64,000 bases of DNA from a virus (lineage: Duplodnaviria > Caudoviricetes): IMG/VR virus record IMGVR_UViG_3300028591_000070, positions 64,001-128,000 of that record; one strand, given 5' to 3'. Both the position numbers and the translations under genes were made by a program. Shown one piece after another: positions 1 to 8,404 of this stretch. The stretch's first letter is position 1. The number at the start of each line of letters is the position of its first letter. The notes under the pieces were generated by a model. That model saw only the letters and a program-made list of their open reading frames with translations. It was not told the origin of the DNA and did not search any database.

Positions 1-733
1 CATTAGCTTTATCAAACATATCCTTTTCACGTTCAATTCCAATAAATTGTCTTTTAGCTAATTCAGCTGCAATTCCACAAGAACCACTTCCCATAAATGG
101 GTCTAAAACAATGTCTCCTTCATCAGAATAATTCATAATAATAGAATAGTTTAATAAAATTGATTTTTGACATGTATGGATTTGTTTTTCAGTTGTTGAC
201 AAATAATAAGGCATCTTAAAACAAAAAACAGTATCATGAATATTAAATTTAGGTCTATCAACAACACCTGTATAAACATTTAGAGCATTTGTAATATTCT
301 CTTTATAGTTAAACAAATCATTATTTTCATGAAACTTAAAGTTTTCAGTTTTTGTAAGGTGTAAAATATCTTCTCTAAGAGATTTTAGTTGATACTTAGA
401 GCCACGTCCCTTTTGGCGCGCTAAAGATTTCCAATCTTCTAAATGGTTGATAAATCCTGTTTCTTTAATTGTTTCAAATAATTCTGGAATTTTTGAAGGA
501 GCGCAAAACATCCACAAATTTCCATCATCTTTTAGTATTCTATAGCATTCTGTGAGCCATTGAATATTAAAGTCATAAAATTCTTTTGTGGACATTTTAT
601 CCCAATCATCATTTTTCATGTGATTAGTTGAACTCATAGAGATAGCATATGGGGGATCACACAGTACTAAATCTACACTTTTATCTTCTAATGTTTTTAA
701 GTACTCCAAGCTATCTTTATTGTATAAGTTCAT
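1..733 (-). CDS. N6-adenine/N4-cytosine DNA methyltransferase, beta class (runs off window start)
   Basis: Not in the ORF track. Manual translation gives MNLYNKDSLEYLKTLEDKSVDLVLCDPPYAI...GDIVLDPFMGSGS...RQFIGIEREK; catalytic DPPY precedes the FxGxG SAM-binding motif. Confidence 0.92.
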   Translation of the reverse strand, partial: MNLYNKDSLEYLKTLEDKSVDLVLCDPPYAISMSSTNHMKNDDWDKMSTKEFYDFNIQWLTECYRILKDDGNLWMFCAPSKIPELFETIKETGFINHLEDWKSLARQKGRGSKYQLKSLREDILHLTKTENFKFHENNDLFNYKENITNALNVYTGVVDRPKFNIHDTVFCFKMPYYLSTTEKQIHTCQKSILLNYSIIMNYSDEGDIVLDPFMGSGSCGIAAELAKRQFIGIEREKDMFDKAN

Positions 734-1145
734 ATAATTTTTTCGAGGCAACTCCTACAGTTCTATCATCTAATTTTTTAAATATATAATCACCACAATC
801 TTGATAATCAAAATCAATAGGTGAAACCATTTTTGTTAAAATATCGCTAATCATCTTATCAGCATCTTTGCCTTCAGATCTAATAACATTTCCTAAGCCA
901 GTCCATCTTAAGGGTGTTCCATCTTTTCCTGGAAACCATCCTCTAGGCTGACCTCCTTTATCTCTATATGGAGCTATTACAATTCGCATAACTTGCATTG
1001 TATTAAGCTTATTAGGTCCATTGTAATAAGCTTCATATACTTCATTATTAGAAATAAGGCAGACAACTGTATCATAGTTTACAATATCTTTTACTTTGTC
1101 ATAATCTTCTCGTTTATAAATTATCCAATTGTCTGCTTTAATCAT
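717..1145 (-). CDS. hypothetical protein
   Basis: 142-aa ORF tightly packed in a minus-strand operon. Confidence 0.75.
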   Translation of the reverse strand: MIKADNWIIYKREDYDKVKDIVNYDTVVCLISNNEVYEAYYNGPNKLNTMQVMRIVIAPYRDKGGQPRGWFPGKDGTPLRWTGLGNVIRSEGKDADKMISDILTKMVSPIDFDYQDCGDYIFKKLDDRTVGVASKKLYELIQ

Positions 1146-1147
1146 TT

Positions 1148-1708
1148 TTATTTATTCTTCTTAAAAAGACGATCAAAGAAAGACACACGAGGTTTTGCAA
1201 CCAATTTATATTCTTTCATAAACTCAAAATAAGACATTCCTTCTGGTACAAGCGCCATAACTTCTTCAAGAATATTGTTAATAGCGGCCTCTGTATCAAT
1301 ATTAGGAGTATCACCAATAATTTTCTTAATTTTTGTAAGCTGAACTTTAGGATTTGCTTTCTCATATTCCTGAGATATTAAAATACCATTAAAAGCATTT
1401 TTAATAGCATCTTTATCAACTTTATGCTTTTTAAGAACGTCATTAATTGTTTTAAGGCTCTCAACACAAGTATCTTGATCTTCTAAAGCTTCTGGAAGGA
1501 AAAGATTTTCAAAAGCTTCTTGAAGTTCTTTCTGAGCTTGCATATAATCTTCTAAAGATTCTTCTTTTTTCTTAGATGACTGTTTCTTTTTAGCTTTTTT
1601 AGCATCAGTAGTATACTCTTCAACATCAGTAAAATAAAATTTCTCTTTTACTTTATCATTTTTCGAAACACCTTCTGTAGGTTTTTCATAAATTGATTTC
1701 TTTGACAT
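1148..1708 (-). CDS. hypothetical protein (charged, helical)
   Basis: 186-aa ORF, GGAGG upstream, operon packing. Confidence 0.8.
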   Translation of the reverse strand: MSKKSIYEKPTEGVSKNDKVKEKFYFTDVEEYTTDAKKAKKKQSSKKKEESLEDYMQAQKELQEAFENLFLPEALEDQDTCVESLKTINDVLKKHKVDKDAIKNAFNGILISQEYEKANPKVQLTKIKKIIGDTPNIDTEAAINNILEEVMALVPEGMSYFEFMKEYKLVAKPRVSFFDRLFKKNK

Positions 1709-1711
1709 ATT

Positions 1712-2380
1712 TTAGTCCTCCATATATGTATAATTTACATAACCGTTTTTCAAACAGAATTCCACCGCTTCTTTCCTAACTTCAGGCTTTGAAATAACGA
1801 TAACTCTAAAGAATCTGAATGTTGCACGCATATTGTCAATAAATTCAGCATCCTTTCCATTTCCAATCCAATCAACATAAATATGACCCATTGTATGATT
1901 CATAATCTGTACAAGAGCAAGTTGATTGATTTTATCTTCATTAGTAATTACTGTATAAACATTATTAAACAATTCATAAGCATCTTTATCTGAAATAACC
2001 TCTGGCTTACCTTCCCACAAGAAATAAGGTGGACGATAGTCTTTAAGCTTAAGCTTTCCTTGTTTATCCAATTCTTTCTGTAGATCTAATGACTCATGTG
2101 AGATATTATTTAAGAGGTCTTGAAGCTGATCAAAGTTTTCATTTTTAATAACGTCTGAACCATTAATCTTAAACATAGTTTCCTGAGAACCATCGCATCC
2201 TCTTTCATAAGCATCATTTACTTCTACAGGAAGCTTTGCAAGAGCGTCCTTAAACTCTCCAAACAAATCAATTTTATCTTCAGTATCTTCAACTTCATCA
2301 AAATAAATACTGATTTCTGGGTGTCCATTTGCTGGACCTTTATTCTCTAATTCATATTTAACTTCTTTAATCTTAAGCAT
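1712..2380 (-). CDS. hypothetical protein
   Basis: 222-aa ORF, GAGGAG upstream. Confidence 0.8.
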   Translation of the reverse strand: MLKIKEVKYELENKGPANGHPEISIYFDEVEDTEDKIDLFGEFKDALAKLPVEVNDAYERGCDGSQETMFKINGSDVIKNENFDQLQDLLNNISHESLDLQKELDKQGKLKLKDYRPPYFLWEGKPEVISDKDAYELFNNVYTVITNEDKINQLALVQIMNHTMGHIYVDWIGNGKDAEFIDNMRATFRFFRVIVISKPEVRKEAVEFCLKNGYVNYTYMED

Positions 2381-2383
2381 ATT

Positions 2384-3001
2384 TTACTCCTCTTCATCCT
2401 TTTTATTTAAAATACTTACAAGTGAACTGTTCTTAAAAAACTCTTCTCCAGCTTTTTCCAAAGAATCAAACTCACCTTTACGATACTTTCTCATATAAAT
2501 AACTAATGACTTTCTCTTGTCATAAAGATATTTATAATAAACTCCAATCTTGTCATCCTTAAAAGTACTATTCTCTAGATATAAGAATGCAATGTCCTTG
2601 TGCTGTAAAACTTTATCAATTCTAAATAATCTTTCACCTGCAAGGCGTAATGAATACTTAGAAAGCTGGTCAATTTTAGTTGGGTCTTTTTCCAATTCCT
2701 CTACAAGTTCTTCCTTTGTATTTTCATGCTGTTCAAAAACCTGCTCAACAATACGAGGATAGTGCTTTTCAACCAAAATATCCTTAATTTCAGCGATAAA
2801 GTCTTTTACATTTTCTTTGTAATTAAAAGGGAAGAAGTAATCGCTATTTGTATTTACATGTGTTACTGTAACACCTTTGCGACCATCCTTAATTTCGATA
2901 ACCATCGAAAGCATAATCGATGATTTTTTACAGAAGTTTGAAAACTTCTTTTGGAAGGTTGTTTCCCACATTTTTGGGGAACAATAATTTTCTACTAGCA
3001 T
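2384..3001 (-). CDS. hypothetical protein
   Basis: 205-aa ORF, AAGGAA upstream. Confidence 0.8.
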   Translation of the reverse strand: MLVENYCSPKMWETTFQKKFSNFCKKSSIMLSMVIEIKDGRKGVTVTHVNTNSDYFFPFNYKENVKDFIAEIKDILVEKHYPRIVEQVFEQHENTKEELVEELEKDPTKIDQLSKYSLRLAGERLFRIDKVLQHKDIAFLYLENSTFKDDKIGVYYKYLYDKRKSLVIYMRKYRKGEFDSLEKAGEEFFKNSSLVSILNKKDEEE

Positions 3002-3026
3002 ATCATAATTCCTTTTATCATATTAT

Positions 3027-3044
3027 CCCCTCATATTTGAGGGG
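3027..3044 (-). terminator. stem-loop, possible terminator or processing site
   Basis: CCCCTCA-TATT-TGAGGGG inverted repeat just after the stop of 3050..3355. Confidence 0.5.
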
Positions 3045-3049
3045 TTATT

Positions 3050-3355
3050 TCAAACATGCATCATGCTTCTAGCTTGATTCATCATAGAACTCATACTTGG
3101 AACTGTCATTGCTCCATGAATTCCACCACCATTTTGCTGTTTTTCTTGTTCTTCAGCTTGTTTTTTGTTTCTTTCTTCAATAATCTTCTCGCGTTGATTT
3201 TCCAGACCTAAAAGACGATTTAATGGCATATTCATCATTTCGTCATATCCGAAACCACTATTCTCACTCAAAAGATAAATGAGCCTTAGAAGATCTTGCG
3301 GACTGCATGGCAGTGAGTAAGTCCATGATTCGAAAGTTGTATGGTCGCTGCACAA
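3050..3355 (-). CDS. putative baseplate hub assembly protein (T4 gp51-like); start uncertain, possibly a frameshift extension of the upstream gene
   Basis: LIYLLSENSGFGYDEMMNMPLNR followed by a charged coil resembles the short ORF that follows gp26-like genes; overlaps the upstream gene in the +1 frame. Confidence 0.5.
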   Translation of the reverse strand: MCSDHTTFESWTYSLPCSPQDLLRLIYLLSENSGFGYDEMMNMPLNRLLGLENQREKIIEERNKKQAEEQEKQQNGGGIHGAMTVPSMSSMMNQARSMMHV

Positions 3356-4385
3356 CTTTATTCAAAATAGGGTCGAGTGCAGTGATTTCCTCTTTATAAC
3401 CAAACTTTAGTGAATCAAACATTTCCTGAACCTGCTTGAATGTATTATAGTCAAGTCGTGGGTCTTTAGCTAAGTTGATTTTTTCTCTGATAGAAAGATG
3501 ACTTACATCTTTTCCATCAAACTCTTTAATATACAAAGCTTTAGAAGCAGTTGTAGTGAATAATGCTTTTGCAACTTCATATTCCTTATAATCTTCTTTA
3601 TCACGAGGAGAAACAGCAGGAATTCTAGTCCAATCTACATTTTCACCATTAATCATTCTTTCATTAGCATCTTTTATCAATTGAAGAATATGACCAAGAC
3701 GAGCATATTTTCTATCCTCGTTCTGATAAACATCGTCAATAAACATTTTAAGCTTAAGAAAGTCTCCATATCTTGGAAGAGAGAATGTTACTGAGAAAGG
3801 CTTACCAAATAAATCTGTTTCATATTTTACAGTTGTCTTGAAATTGTCATCTTCTGAGATGTCATAATAATCAATTGCCTGTGAAATATCCAAATCGAAA
3901 GCAGGACGCCATTCACCATTCTTAATAGCTCTAAGCTGTGCTCTATATTCTGGTGTATCTCCACCATTCTGTTTCTTAAGCTCTTCATAGTCTTCTTCCG
4001 TAAGTTCCCATGTTTGCTGTGGGAAAATACTCTGATAAAAGATTTCATACATAGTAATTAAGGTCTCTACAACTTCTTTCTCATGGAAGTCACCAACATC
4101 AATATATCCTGGCTCTCCAGGTTTCATAGGATTGTAGATTAAATTTTGAAGAGTTTTTAAGAGACGAATCTGGAAATCTTTTTCATCTGAAAGTCCCAAA
4201 TTCATAATATCTTCTGGTGAAAAGCTTTTAATAAAAAATGAAGCAGGCGCTCCAACTTTTCCAACTGTTGATAGTTTTATGTTTACATAACCATCAGGAG
4301 CATTTGTTCTATCTTCGACATTTTGAAACGATTGTTTTTGTGCTTCTTCTGAAGGTGTGTGGTCATTTACTGGACCCATTGGCAT
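3264..4385 (-). CDS. putative baseplate hub subunit/assembly chaperone (T4 gp26-like)
   Basis: 373 aa; IKLSTVGK...FSPEDIMNL...IDVGDFHEKEVVETLI pattern recalls gp26-like proteins; AAGGAGG RBS. Confidence 0.5.
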   Translation of the reverse strand: MPMGPVNDHTPSEEAQKQSFQNVEDRTNAPDGYVNIKLSTVGKVGAPASFFIKSFSPEDIMNLGLSDEKDFQIRLLKTLQNLIYNPMKPGEPGYIDVGDFHEKEVVETLITMYEIFYQSIFPQQTWELTEEDYEELKKQNGGDTPEYRAQLRAIKNGEWRPAFDLDISQAIDYYDISEDDNFKTTVKYETDLFGKPFSVTFSLPRYGDFLKLKMFIDDVYQNEDRKYARLGHILQLIKDANERMINGENVDWTRIPAVSPRDKEDYKEYEVAKALFTTTASKALYIKEFDGKDVSHLSIREKINLAKDPRLDYNTFKQVQEMFDSLKFGYKEEITALDPILNKVVQRPYNFRIMDLLTAMQSARSSKAHLSFE

Positions 4386-4628
4386 TTAGTTATCCTCCTT
4401 TTTTGCATTTTTACGTACATCATTAGAATACATAGAAAGTGTTGTTTCAATATCCATTCCATAATAATATTGAGCGAAAGCAACTCCTTTGCAAATTTTT
4501 CTCTCAGTAATACTTTTATGAATTAAATATCTACTTGTTTTAACACTTTCAGAAGCCACGCTTTCGTTCAAATAACGAAGACCAGTATTGAGGTCTATAA
4601 TCTCGCATCTTCTTCTTGTATCTTTCAT
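4386..4628 (-). CDS. small NUMOD1-like DNA-binding protein
   Basis: IIDLNTGLRYLNESVAS...IHKSI...KICKGVAFAQY resembles NUMOD1/IENR1 domains of homing endonucleases. Confidence 0.5.
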   Translation of the reverse strand: MKDTRRRCEIIDLNTGLRYLNESVASESVKTSRYLIHKSITERKICKGVAFAQYYYGMDIETTLSMYSNDVRKNAKKEDN

Positions 4629-4662
4629 ATTATAATTTAATTAGTTTTAGGGGAAAAAGTGA

Positions 4663-4684
4663 AGGCTTGCCAAAAAGCAAGCCT
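4663..4684 (-). terminator. stem-loop terminator
   Basis: AGGCTTGC-CAAAAA-GCAAGCCT after the stop of 4690..5424. Confidence 0.6.
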
Positions 4685-4689
4685 CTTAA

Positions 4690-5424
4690 TTATGACCAAA
4701 GTGTGCTATTCATTCCGGTATTAGGGTCATTATTATGATCAAAACTTACATGACTTATAGAAAAATGAATTCCATACATGTTTATTTTTCCATCTCTTAA
4801 AAGTTTTTTATTCCACATATTAGGGTTGTACTCACCTATTTTATGAACATCATCGAAATAAATCTGGAAATAAGCATTACCTACTTTTTTGAAGTAATAA
4901 GTCATTGAATATTTCCAAGTGGTACCACAGAATATTGTTTCTTCTGCATTATTATTGATATAATCATCCATTTTTGTTTTTTCAGATTTTGTAACATCTC
5001 TTTTCTTTTTATAAAGTTCAACAAACTCTTTATCAGAAATAATAGACTCATGTAAAATATTGTTAAAAATAGACTCTGTTAAGGAATTACCCTTATATTC
5101 TTTATACAATTTTTCAAGGTTTTTATGAATATTTTCTCCAGTAAAACAAGTACCTGGGTCATCGTACATAATTACATGTGGATTTTTATTTTCTTCGAAT
5201 ACAATATTAAAGCGAGCTTCATCTTGCCAATCACCACCAGCATATCCTGAAATATGGCCACTATCTTTATCATCACTACCATTTGAAACTGAGTCAATTT
5301 CCCAGTTTTCAATATCTAAGTTTTTAGGCCAGTCTTTTAATCTTTTTATATTTAAGATGATATGTCCACTCTCAGAAATATATCCTAAATCCTCAAGCTG
5401 TTTAAAAAATTTTTCTAGTTTCAT
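4690..5424 (-). CDS. hypothetical protein, possible two-domain head-internal protein
   Basis: 244 aa; central LTES/LHES motifs; ACTAATT element 12 nt upstream. Confidence 0.75.
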   Translation of the reverse strand: MKLEKFFKQLEDLGYISESGHIILNIKRLKDWPKNLDIENWEIDSVSNGSDDKDSGHISGYAGGDWQDEARFNIVFEENKNPHVIMYDDPGTCFTGENIHKNLEKLYKEYKGNSLTESIFNNILHESIISDKEFVELYKKKRDVTKSEKTKMDDYINNNAEETIFCGTTWKYSMTYYFKKVGNAYFQIYFDDVHKIGEYNPNMWNKKLLRDGKINMYGIHFSISHVSFDHNNDPNTGMNSTLWS

Positions 5425-5448
5425 ACTTAAATTAGTACTAACTTATAT
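5425..5448. promoter_or_regulatory. back-to-back pair of ACTAA(T/C)T-type promoter elements
   Basis: 24-nt divergent intergenic region is exactly ACTAATTTAAGT-ATG (minus) plus ACTAACTTATAT-ATG (plus). Confidence 0.75.
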
Positions 5449-5955
5449 ATGATTAAGGTAAAGGAACAGGCTTTAATAGAAAAAACAGAAAATGACACAA
5501 ATAATAGAGTAGGAGTTCTTATTTTTAATGGAAATGGTAAGTTTTTAATTGAGCATGCTCCTAACAAACCACATGATAAAAACTCTTGGGACCTTCCTAA
5601 AGGACATATTAGTTATGATGACCCTAGCTTAGAATATGCTGTAAAAAGAGAATGCTTTGAAGAGACTGGAATATTTTTAGATAAAGTTGAGGAGTTGGGA
5701 ACATTTTTATATGTAAATCCTTATGATATTGGTGACTTAACTATGTTTAAGGCTAGTGTTAATGATACTCAATTCGCAGACTGCGATGAAGAAGAATTAT
5801 TATCAAGCTTAGTTTGTTCTACATTTTTTGAAGAAAATGGCAAAAAATTGCCAGAAGCTAATGAATATAAATTTATAAGCCCTGCCGAATTAAAAGATTA
5901 TCTCTACGATTCTTTAGTAGATTATTTTAATTATAATTTTAAGTTCAATTTTTAG
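5449..5955 (+). CDS. NUDIX hydrolase
   Basis: WDLPKGH...AVKRECFEETG Nudix box. Confidence 0.9.
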   Translation: MIKVKEQALIEKTENDTNNRVGVLIFNGNGKFLIEHAPNKPHDKNSWDLPKGHISYDDPSLEYAVKRECFEETGIFLDKVEELGTFLYVNPYDIGDLTMFKASVNDTQFADCDEEELLSSLVCSTFFEENGKKLPEANEYKFISPAELKDYLYDSLVDYFNYNFKFNF

Positions 5956-5974
5956 TTATTTCCAAACATTAAGC

Positions 5975-6106
5975 GACCTAAGGCGGTGCCGTGGTCAGCT
6001 TTTTGGGCTCGTGCAGGCCAAAAAGACATCTTTTGAGACTTTGAAAAAGTCGAGAAAGTGGTCATCTTTAAATATAATTTAACAGTGACCAGTTTCCAGA
6101 CTTTTT
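5975..6106. repeat. structured non-coding repeat, copy 1 (GC-rich hairpin plus 63-bp imperfect palindrome at 6044-6106)
   Basis: 38-bp core 6059-6096 is the exact reverse complement of 44881-44918; flanks also similar. Confidence 0.9.
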
Positions 6107-6151
6107 GAACTTCTATATAAGATATGGTATTATCTATAAGAGGTAAATATT
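6105..6151 (+). promoter_or_regulatory. sigma70-type promoter plus RBS
   Basis: TTGAAC-N17-TATTAT-CTATAAGAGGTAAATATT-ATG. Confidence 0.8.
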
Positions 6152-6550
6152 ATGCAGAACTTAGTAAATGTTGAAAAACTTGGAGCATGTTGTGGACATG
6201 ACATAGTTCATGTTGAGAATGGTAAAGCAAAAGTAGGTGTTATCAACTATTATGCTCAAGGTAAAAAAGATTATCTTTTCAAGATTAAGGGTGAAATTCT
6301 TAAAAATTATCTTTTTCGTGATGGAACTTTTCAGGTAATTCTTTTTTCACCTGAAAATCATTCTGGTGTAGCAATCCTTTATTTAAATGGCTCAGAAGGA
6401 GCATGGAAAGTTCTTTTTTCAGAGGATGACTTTGATAAAGAAGCTCTTGAAGCCGAATGCGAAGGTATCACACCTGACCAAATTAATGAAATAACAGAAA
6501 TTGCAAGTTCTCTTGGACTTCTTGATTATAAAACACTAACAAAATGTTAA
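6152..6550 (+). CDS. hypothetical protein
   Basis: 132-aa ORF with promoter, RBS and terminator. Confidence 0.85.
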   Translation: MQNLVNVEKLGACCGHDIVHVENGKAKVGVINYYAQGKKDYLFKIKGEILKNYLFRDGTFQVILFSPENHSGVAILYLNGSEGAWKVLFSEDDFDKEALEAECEGITPDQINEITEIASSLGLLDYKTLTKC

Positions 6551-6555
6551 ATTAA

Positions 6556-6581
6556 AAAAGAGCACTGAAAAGTGCTCTTTT
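6556..6581. terminator. bidirectional intrinsic terminator
   Basis: AAAAGAGCACT-GAAA-AGTGCTCTTTT between convergent genes. Confidence 0.85.
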
Positions 6582-6662
6582 ATTTTTATTTACTAAATAA
6601 CTTTCTAATTTTAAGATAAATTAAGATACAGCAAATCTTAATAAACCTGATAAAATTTTTCA

Positions 6663-7865
6663 TTAGTCCCAAGTACCTTCATCTAAGATGAAATCATTGA
6701 AATCAATGAAGCTTGTTGTAGTTGTAATGCTACCATCTTCATGTAAAGTCTTGTTATGAACTTCAAGATAGTTTGTATAAACTGGATTATTCTCAAGAGA
6801 ATTTTCAACAGTTGTAGGAACATCACCCTCAGCAATCTTCTTTCCAAAATGTTTAGCATCAATAGTTGTAGCATCTTCGATAGCAGTTTTAATATCATCT
6901 GTTGTAGTTTTGTTCAAACCAACTTTGATAGTATTTGCAGTCTCGTCTTTTGCTCCAATGTAAAGACCTAAACCATTTGTTTTAGGTGCATCACCATCTT
7001 CATTTGCCAAGATTGGGTCATGGAACTGGTAGTTCATGTGCATTACGTACTTAGCACATACATAGTATTCTACAGTTTCATACTCAACAGGACCTTCACC
7101 TTCTGTTGTGATATTTCCTGTATTAGCCTCAGTTGTTGTTCTCTTAGAAGCATATGCCTTATAAACATGTGATTTATCAGATCCATCATGTTCTTTCTCA
7201 GGGTCACTACAAATAGAAACTACATAAAGGTTTGTATCATCATTTCCACTGTTTTCATCATCGGCGATGTCTAAGCCACCTTCATCATGCTGAACAATGA
7301 ACTGAATACCATCTTCAAGAGTCTTAGCTGTTGAAAGCTCTTCCATCTTAGCATACATTTCTTCGCGATTTGCAACTACGTAAAGACCTTTCTGTTCAAC
7401 TGAGTTCTTAATAACTTCAAGATAACCTGAGTCAAAAGAATTTACAAAGTAAGTCTGGTCCTGGAACTCATGATCTCTTGTGTTAATTACACGAGTTTTA
7501 ATAGCAACTCTGTGTGCCCAAACTTTACCATTTTCATCATAAAGTTCAGTCTTATTTACCTGAGGAGCAGTAGCAAGACCATAAATCTGGTCAGCTCCTT
7601 CATGTTTGTGATACTGATAAGCTGCATCTGTATCATCTGCATCTACGATATCACCATTAGCATTTGTTGGCTGAGCATAGTTGATAAACTCTTCATGAAG
7701 ATATCCATCTGTAACGGCACGAACTGTACCTTCATCATTGATGTAAAGTTCTTTACCATCCTTATCCAAACCATATTTATGTGGGCCAGTTGCATAACCT
7801 TCCTGATATGGAAGAAGATTTGACTCCAATGGTTTGTGAACACCATGTTTAGTAATTCTTTTCAT
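6663..7865 (-). CDS. hypothetical protein, probably virion-associated
   Basis: 400 aa, acidic and Thr-rich, ends ILDEGTWD; AAGGAG RBS. Confidence 0.7.
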   Translation of the reverse strand: MKRITKHGVHKPLESNLLPYQEGYATGPHKYGLDKDGKELYINDEGTVRAVTDGYLHEEFINYAQPTNANGDIVDADDTDAAYQYHKHEGADQIYGLATAPQVNKTELYDENGKVWAHRVAIKTRVINTRDHEFQDQTYFVNSFDSGYLEVIKNSVEQKGLYVVANREEMYAKMEELSTAKTLEDGIQFIVQHDEGGLDIADDENSGNDDTNLYVVSICSDPEKEHDGSDKSHVYKAYASKRTTTEANTGNITTEGEGPVEYETVEYYVCAKYVMHMNYQFHDPILANEDGDAPKTNGLGLYIGAKDETANTIKVGLNKTTTDDIKTAIEDATTIDAKHFGKKIAEGDVPTTVENSLENNPVYTNYLEVHNKTLHEDGSITTTTSFIDFNDFILDEGTWD

Positions 7866-7884
7866 TTTATTTCTCCTTTAAAAA

Positions 7885-8358
7885 TTAGTAATCTGCTTCA
7901 CTAAATAGTGGGTTATCCCAACTATGTCCGTCATCAATGTAACGATCATCTATTTCAATCCATCTAGAGTCGTCATCATTTTCAGTAACAATAATACCAT
8001 TACGGCCTTTTACTTTGGTAACTCTTTTGATGTAATCTTTATCAATAGAAATAAATGCTCGACTGGTATTCATTTCTTTTCCAATAATGATTCCTTCACC
8101 TTCATAGACACGAGGCATTATTTTTTCATCATCTAAGTCGATATAAACTGTACCATCTTCTTTATGAACAGTTAAAATATCATTATTGGTACTTTTTCCC
8201 TCAATATGAGCTACTAAAGAACCTTTATCATAGACTGAAACGCCCTGACTTCCATCTTTTTTAGGAAGAATTTCAATGTCTGTGAGGCTATAATCCTGAA
8301 ATCCCTCATCTGGAACATAGTGGTTACCATCATTGAGGTAATATTCTTGGTTTATCAT
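7885..8358 (-). CDS. hypothetical protein, probably virion-associated
   Basis: 157 aa; internal GxGI-I...I-ID repeats; ACTAATTA element 12 nt upstream. Confidence 0.7.
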   Translation of the reverse strand: MINQEYYLNDGNHYVPDEGFQDYSLTDIEILPKKDGSQGVSVYDKGSLVAHIEGKSTNNDILTVHKEDGTVYIDLDDEKIMPRVYEGEGIIIGKEMNTSRAFISIDKDYIKRVTKVKGRNGIIVTENDDDSRWIEIDDRYIDDGHSWDNPLFSEADY

Positions 8359-8370
8359 ACTATAATTAGT
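8359..8370 (-). promoter_or_regulatory. ACTAATT-type element
   Basis: ACTAATTATAGT directly before ATG. Confidence 0.7.
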
Positions 8371-8404
8371 TTATACATCCTCAAAATTTCACTAGTTAAT
8401 ATAT

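Noticed and set aside
5975-6030. GC-rich intergenic stretch as a tRNA
   Set aside because: No cloverleaf, T-loop GTTC motif or CCA end; it belongs to the repeated element
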